Virus record (IMG/VR): IMGVR_UViG_2690316028_000010
Length of the DNA: 10,491 nucleotides
Source of the DNA: a virus
Taxonomy: Duplodnaviria; Heunggongvirae; Uroviricota; Caudoviricetes
Direction: 5' to 3' (one strand)
The translations under genes and the position numbers were made by a program. Below the pieces are notes generated by a model. It had not been told where the DNA came from and did not search any database. It saw nothing but the letters and a program-made list of their open reading frames with translations. This document shows, piece by piece, positions 7,338 through 10,491 of this stretch. Each line of letters opens with the position of its first letter. The stretch's first letter is position 1.

Positions 7338-7952
7338 TTAATAACTCCAGATAAAAGGTGTAGTGAGGGTGAGCGCTTCGGAATAGGAGACGTTGCAGGC
7401 TTCGCTTACATCCTTTATTAAAAGGTGCTGCGCTGCCCTCTGGCTGTCGGCTATGCCGTCGAGCTCTGAGAAATAAACGTGTGATTCATTGTGACCAAAA
7501 CAAACCGGGTAAGCGCTTTCCATAAACTCCACCTGCTCAAGCCCCTTTACGGCTGGCGGCTGTGCGCCGAGAAAACCAATATGGCGAAGATACCAGGCAC
7601 CAGTTCCGGCCGGGTTACGCGCTTCTCCCGGCCTGTAGAAAGCGGCAGACACTTTTTTATATAGACCTGACTGAACCATATCCAGCAACCTGTTATCAGG
7701 CTTAACCAGCGCGAAAAGTCTGCCGTTTTTACTTATCAGTCCGGTGGTTTCACCATAGGCGGGACTGTTACTGGCCGGATGCCCCAGGCACAGCGGCGCA
7801 CCATAACCCGCGCGATGATAGCCGTTATAGGCTGCTGCCATGTTGTCGATATCCTCGTCGGAAAAGCTGATTTCCTGCCCCGCCATCGCGGTATGTGTTC
7901 CCGCCCGGAATATCTCAATAGTTTTCCAGTTACCAATATTGATATCTGTCAT
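7338..7952 (-). CDS. P2 gpO / Mu gpI-like prohead protease (capsid scaffolding protein N-terminal domain) homolog, 204 aa
   Basis: By-eye collinear similarity to P2 gpO as I recall it: GQEISFSDEDIDNMAAAY vs GRVISAQDIQEMAETF; YGAPLCLGH vs YGCRINLEH; LFALVKPDNRLLDMVQSGLYKKVSAAF vs LFAKITPTDDLIAMNKAAQKVYTSMEI; PPAVKGLEQVEF vs DPASLGTEYLEF. The start is coupled to the upstream gene by TAAAATG. Confidence 0.82.
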   Translation of the reverse strand: MTDINIGNWKTIEIFRAGTHTAMAGQEISFSDEDIDNMAAAYNGYHRAGYGAPLCLGHPASNSPAYGETTGLISKNGRLFALVKPDNRLLDMVQSGLYKKVSAAFYRPGEARNPAGTGAWYLRHIGFLGAQPPAVKGLEQVEFMESAYPVCFGHNESHVYFSELDGIADSQRAAQHLLIKDVSEACNVSYSEALTLTTPFIWSY

Positions 7953-7953
7953 T

Positions 7954-8481
7954 TTATATTTGTCCCTGTTTCATATCGCGGCACTCTTTGTTTTTCTTAC
8001 GCTCGGCGGCAATAATCTGATAAATCCACTGAATAGAATTGCCATATTTCCTGGCTAATTCCCGATGAGTCATCCCTTGTTTGTAATCGGAAAATATCCT
8101 GGCATTTCTGTCGAAAGAGTTTCTGGCTGCGCCATTAGGTATATAGAAATTGTTACCTTTAAAGACCCTTCTAAGGTGTTCTGTAATTTCCGGGGAAATG
8201 ATTTCGGCCTGAGCCGAAAAGCAATGTATTGTAAGCAAAGCCTGCGCTATCACACCTGTAAGCTCATGCAGAAAAGATGTTGCTTTAGGGGCGTCTTCAC
8301 ATTCTATTGGCATGTAATTCTGGCAACCACCAAGATTATCAGATATATGCAAAACAATTTTATTTGCTGCACTACTTGCCTGAAGTTGTGAATAGCCCGC
8401 ATCAGTCAGAAAATCTTCAATCGCATCCCCCATTTCCCCCAGAGTGTCAGATGTTGCGTACAATCCCTCTCTTGTAATCAT
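7954..8481 (-). CDS. Mor/C-family transcriptional activator (Mu Mor-like), 175 aa
   Basis: I prefer the ATG at 8481 (GAGGT, complement of 8488-8492, 6 nt upstream) to the GTG at 8487 in the track. The C-terminal half matches Mu Mor as I recall it: GNNFYIPNGAARNSFDRNARIFSDYKQGMTHRELARKYGNSIQWIYQIIAAERK vs GGQVYIPRGQALDSLIRDLRIWNDFNGRNVSELTTRYGVTFNTVYKAIRRMRR (HTH region). Confidence 0.85.
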   Translation of the reverse strand: MITREGLYATSDTLGEMGDAIEDFLTDAGYSQLQASSAANKIVLHISDNLGGCQNYMPIECEDAPKATSFLHELTGVIAQALLTIHCFSAQAEIISPEITEHLRRVFKGNNFYIPNGAARNSFDRNARIFSDYKQGMTHRELARKYGNSIQWIYQIIAAERKKNKECRDMKQGQI

Positions 8482-8681
8482 AATCACACCTCGGTAATGA
8501 TAAAGATGTGCGCTAAAAAGGCTTTATAAAGCTTTATGAGGCGTCTTTCTGGTGACAAATCAGCACATACACCATTAACGCTTTAAAATGGCTTACAGGC
8601 TTTTTTAGCGCGGGTTACTAATGTGGATTAAGAATATGGTTTTGGGGCGGGGATGTTTTTTAATGTACTTTAGATATGAAG

Positions 8682-8703
8682 AAGCCCCTCAGAGGAGGGG
8701 CTT
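8682..8703 (-). terminator. GC-rich hairpin downstream of the 96-aa gene (candidate terminator)
   Basis: AAGCCCCTC (8682-8690), loop AGAG, GAGGGGCTT (8695-8703): a perfect 9-bp stem beginning 17 nt after the stop at 8720. The trailing sequence on the minus strand (CTTCATATCT) is only a partial U-run, so intrinsic termination is uncertain. Confidence 0.5.
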
Positions 8704-8719
8704 GCGGGATTACGCCAGA

Positions 8720-9010
8720 TTATTGAGGTCGTCTGTCTTTCCTCAATCCATCAAGTAGCGCCATGGCATCAGTAACCAGTATGCCAGCAGCATCCGTAAC
8801 CATCGAAACATCAGAGGATGCACATGATTTATCCATACCTAATGTTGACGCAAAATCAAGTAGCTTACGAACTGCGTCAAGTCGATAGGTGGCAGAGTCG
8901 TAAATTAACTCCTGATTAGCATCAGTCTTTAAAAACATAATATCATCAGAGGCACCTTGCGAAAATGACGGCATCGCACGGAAAGTATTTTGAGTTTCAG
9001 CCTGTTTCAT
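8720..9010 (-). CDS. hypothetical protein, 96 aa
   Basis: Strong GGAGGA (complement of 9018-9023) lies 7 nt upstream of the ATG. There is a 4-nt ATGA overlap with the stop of the upstream 245-aa gene. No family confidently recognised. Confidence 0.75.
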   Translation of the reverse strand: MKQAETQNTFRAMPSFSQGASDDIMFLKTDANQELIYDSATYRLDAVRKLLDFASTLGMDKSCASSDVSMVTDAAGILVTDAMALLDGLRKDRRPQ

Positions 9011-9744
9011 TGTGCAGTCCTCCGGCTAATAGCGAATTTATTATAAACTTCATAACTGGCAGCATTCAGTCCGGGGTTGTATTTATCAGCCAGAGCACAG
9101 GCAATCATATGTTCAATAAATTTTGTTATTGCGTTAAGTTCAGTTTCGTTTGAATAACGCAATGCCACTTTGAGTAACTCGCGGCAATATTGTTTTTTAT
9201 TCCCTTCGATTTGGCCTGATTTTTTTATTCCTGCCTTTTTATCTGATTCATCCTCAACAGGCAAAGATGGGATATCCTCTTTATTGGTTAGCGTTCTTTC
9301 GCAAATAATATCTTCACCAGATTGAATTACGCGCTGCAACTCTCTGGCGCTCATACGAAGAATATCATCAAGCGTGTGGTCGTTATATGCCCCACCACTG
9401 GCAAGGAGATCCAGTGTCACTTCATCCAGCCGGGCAAGCAGGTTTAACTTCGTTTTGCCGATACTTGTTTTGGCAATTGCGGCTCGGGGGGTATTGGTTA
9501 CGCCAAATATCAGAGCAACCCGCATAGCATTATGGGCTTCACGTTTATTAATTCCCCCCACTGAAAGCGCCTTTGCAAATTCCTCATTTGTTTTTGTTGC
9601 TTCCTTAAGTGCCAGCATCTCTTTACCACGATGCACTAAAGTTTCAGTCGGGGTTGGCAAAAGGAGTACAGCATCTAAAATTTTTTCCCGAAGTACATCA
9701 ACTTGGCTTGCGATGCATGAACGGTTAGACTTGTTGATACCCAT
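9007..9744 (-). CDS. hypothetical protein, 245 aa, possible HTH-type DNA-binding or regulatory protein
   Basis: I prefer the ATG at 9744 (GAGGA, complement of 9753-9757, 8 nt upstream) to the track start at 9765. The segment FAKALSVGGINKREAHNAMRVALIF..IGKTKLNLLARL resembles HTH-like segments of phage/plasmid DNA-binding proteins, but this is only a pattern impression. It is the first gene of the leftward operon at the divergent control region. Confidence 0.8.
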   Translation of the reverse strand: MGINKSNRSCIASQVDVLREKILDAVLLLPTPTETLVHRGKEMLALKEATKTNEEFAKALSVGGINKREAHNAMRVALIFGVTNTPRAAIAKTSIGKTKLNLLARLDEVTLDLLASGGAYNDHTLDDILRMSARELQRVIQSGEDIICERTLTNKEDIPSLPVEDESDKKAGIKKSGQIEGNKKQYCRELLKVALRYSNETELNAITKFIEHMIACALADKYNPGLNAASYEVYNKFAISRRTAQ

Positions 9745-9774
9745 GATTGTTATCCTCAATAACAATGGTGGTCA

Positions 9775-9809
9775 GGCAGGATGTGATACTGAACCTATCA
9801 TGTCCTGCC
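9775..9809. promoter_or_regulatory. imperfect inverted repeat in the leader of the leftward operon
   Basis: GGCAGGATGTGATA (9775-9788) and TATCATGTCCTGCC (9796-9809) are complementary at 12 of 14 positions and separated by 7 nt. This could be an operator or a 5'-UTR RNA hairpin. Confidence 0.4.
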
Positions 9810-9831
9810 GCTTGCGGTTTTACATCTACTT

Positions 9832-9859
9832 AATGTAATGTACGTACCATTGATTTCAA
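9832..9859 (-). promoter_or_regulatory. candidate sigma70 promoter for the leftward 245-aa/96-aa operon
   Basis: On the complement strand: TTGAAA (complement of 9854-9859), a 16-nt spacer, then TACATT (complement of 9832-9837). The spacer contains the left arm of the 12-bp inverted repeat. Confidence 0.4.
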
Positions 9860-9877
9860 TCTAAACAATGGTACGTA
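9841..9877. promoter_or_regulatory. perfect 12-bp inverted repeat (operator candidate) in the divergent control region
   Basis: TACGTACCATTG (9841-9852) and CAATGGTACGTA (9866-9877) are exact reverse complements separated by 13 nt. The right arm abuts the RHH start codon and the left arm lies in the leftward promoter spacer. A third copy of the half-site, AACAATGGT, occurs at 9761-9769 (compare 9864-9872). Confidence 0.6.
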
Positions 9878-9879
9878 TC

Positions 9880-10071
9880 ATGTCAAGAGTAAAAGATAAC
9901 ACGCCTAAAAATTCCGCAGGGCGTTCCCCGACCTTCCAAATACGTATTACACCTGAACTTAGGGAACAGCTTGATAAAGAAGCTCTTAAAGATGGTGTAA
10001 GTTTGGCCAATTGGCTCAAAGGCATTGCACGAGATGAACTACGCAGGAGAGGTATTTCTCCAAAAGGGTAG
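9880..10071 (+). CDS. ribbon-helix-helix (Arc/CopG-like) DNA-binding protein, 63 aa
   Basis: FQIRITPELREQLDKEALKDGVSLANWLKGIARDEL has the canonical beta-strand/helix/helix RHH pattern. The start could be ATG 9880 or in-frame ATG 9868, and neither has a clear SD. It is divergent from the leftward operon, the typical position of a repressor. Confidence 0.82.
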   Translation: MSRVKDNTPKNSAGRSPTFQIRITPELREQLDKEALKDGVSLANWLKGIARDELRRRGISPKG

Positions 10072-10086
10072 GGCTAATCAGGTACA

Positions 10087-10110
10087 AAAAGCGAAAACGT
10101 TTTCGCTTTT
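10087..10110 (+). terminator. perfect 24-bp palindrome after the RHH gene (possible intrinsic terminator; first unit of the palindrome array)
   Basis: AAAAGCGAAAAC|GTTTTCGCTTTT begins 16 nt after the RHH stop. As RNA it would form a GCGAAA/UUUCGC stem extended by A-U pairs and ending in UUUU. Confidence 0.45.
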
Positions 10111-10476
10111 ATGGCTAAGAGAGCGGATGCACTCATTAAAGCGGACAGCGCTGTCCGCCTCCAATCAGCAAAAAAACAAGATGGTTCCTCCAAAACGCTC
10201 AACGTTGAGCGTTACGTTATTCCGACAAAAGCGCAGGCGCTTGCGCTTTTGAAAGGGATCAACACGGCTTTCAAACCGGACAACGTTGACCGCTTTAAGG
10301 AATCACTGTCGGCTGAGCAAAAACGGCAAGCGCTTGCCGTTTTAGATTCGCGGGGCGGTAAACGTTTACCGTTCTGTGTCAATTATGTTCAAAAGCGAAA
10401 GCGCTTTCGCATTTTCTCACCTAAAGCGGCAAACCTCCTCTGTCTTAGCTGGAAAAACGACATCGCTGTCGTTTTT
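10087..10476. repeat. array of nine dyad-symmetric (palindromic) elements with A-run/T-run flanks
   Basis: P1 10087-10110 (24 bp, perfect). P2 10141-10158 (18 bp, perfect). P3 10194-10213 (20 bp, perfect). P4 10227-10250 (11/12 pairs). P5 10273-10296 (10/12 pairs). P6 10320-10343 (24 bp, perfect). P7 10356-10371 (16 bp, perfect). P8 10395-10410 (16 bp, perfect, plus flanks). P9 10453-10476 (10-bp arms, 4-nt centre). All read directly from the sequence. Confidence 0.9.
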
Positions 10477-10491
10477 AATCCGAGGTTCTAA
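10111..10491 (+). CDS. questionable ORF, 126 aa, overlapping the palindrome array
   Basis: ATG-to-TAA ORF with no SD; the 12 nt upstream are the right arm of palindrome P1. A second plus-strand frame (10025-10252) is open over the same DNA, consistent with stop-poor composition rather than coding. Eight of the nine palindromes lie inside it, in inconsistent codon phase. Confidence 0.3.
   Translation: MAKRADALIKADSAVRLQSAKKQDGSSKTLNVERYVIPTKAQALALLKGINTAFKPDNVDRFKESLSAEQKRQALAVLDSRGGKRLPFCVNYVQKRKRFRIFSPKAANLLCLSWKNDIAVVFNPRF

Noticed and set aside
8488-8719. Promoter for the Mor-like operon in the 230-bp gap, including a 10-bp palindrome CTTTATAAAG and GCTTTAT direct repeats at 8521-8527 and 8531-8537
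   Set aside because: Only weak sigma70 matches are present on the minus strand (TTGTCA with a poor -10 at the right spacing). The repeats are short enough to be chance. I note them but do not call a feature.
10025-10252. 75-aa plus-strand ORF overlapping the RHH gene end and palindromes P1-P4
   Set aside because: It overlaps the RHH coding sequence out of frame, has no SD, and gives a basic low-complexity translation. It is best explained by the stop-poor composition of the array.
10087-10476. Palindrome array as a CRISPR array, REP/BIME cluster, integron attC sites or a ToxI-like type III antitoxin repeat
   Set aside because: The units are not identical direct repeats, the spacing is irregular (32-62 bp), and no spacer-like unique segments of constant size are present. 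The sequences do not match the REP consensus as I know it. attC sites are longer imperfect palindromes with extrahelical bases, and ToxI-type arrays are tandem identical direct repeats.
1-10491. Search for tRNA/tmRNA, integrase, att repeats, IS elements or terminal inverted repeats that would define element boundaries
   Set aside because: I saw no cloverleaf-like sequences, recombinase motifs or long terminal repeats on either strand. The element boundaries must lie outside this window.

Overview
This 10.5-kb window is a mosaic mobile-element segment, either a prophage remnant or a phage-satellite-like island. The enterobacterial-style host assignment is an inference. By eye it has three compositional blocks. 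(i) 1 to about 1650 is an AT-rich accessory cassette with three ORFs I cannot assign to a family: a 259-aa ORF on the minus strand, and a translationally coupled 75-aa plus 152-aa membrane-anchored pair on the plus strand. (ii) About 2300-7950 is a GC-richer structural block. On the plus strand it holds a 115-aa ORF, a T7 gp10-like HK97-fold major capsid protein and an HNH homing endonuclease with a truncated AP2 stub. These converge across a bidirectional terminator on a minus-strand operon: Mor-family activator, P2 gpO-like protease-domain protein, 197-aa coiled-coil ORF and 827-aa tape measure protein. (iii) About 8500-10491 is a regulatory block. A 245-aa plus 96-aa operon (minus) diverges from a 63-aa ribbon-helix-helix gene (plus) across an operator-rich region. 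The most unusual feature follows: a 390-bp array of nine dyad-symmetric elements (16-24 bp, several perfect) with covarying arms, A-run/T-run flanks and alternating AACGTT / AGCGCT cores. A 126-aa ORF with no Shine-Dalgarno (SD) motif overlaps this array. I saw no tRNA, rRNA, CRISPR array, integrase, transposase, portal or terminase. All family assignments come from motif-level recognition by eye, not database searches.
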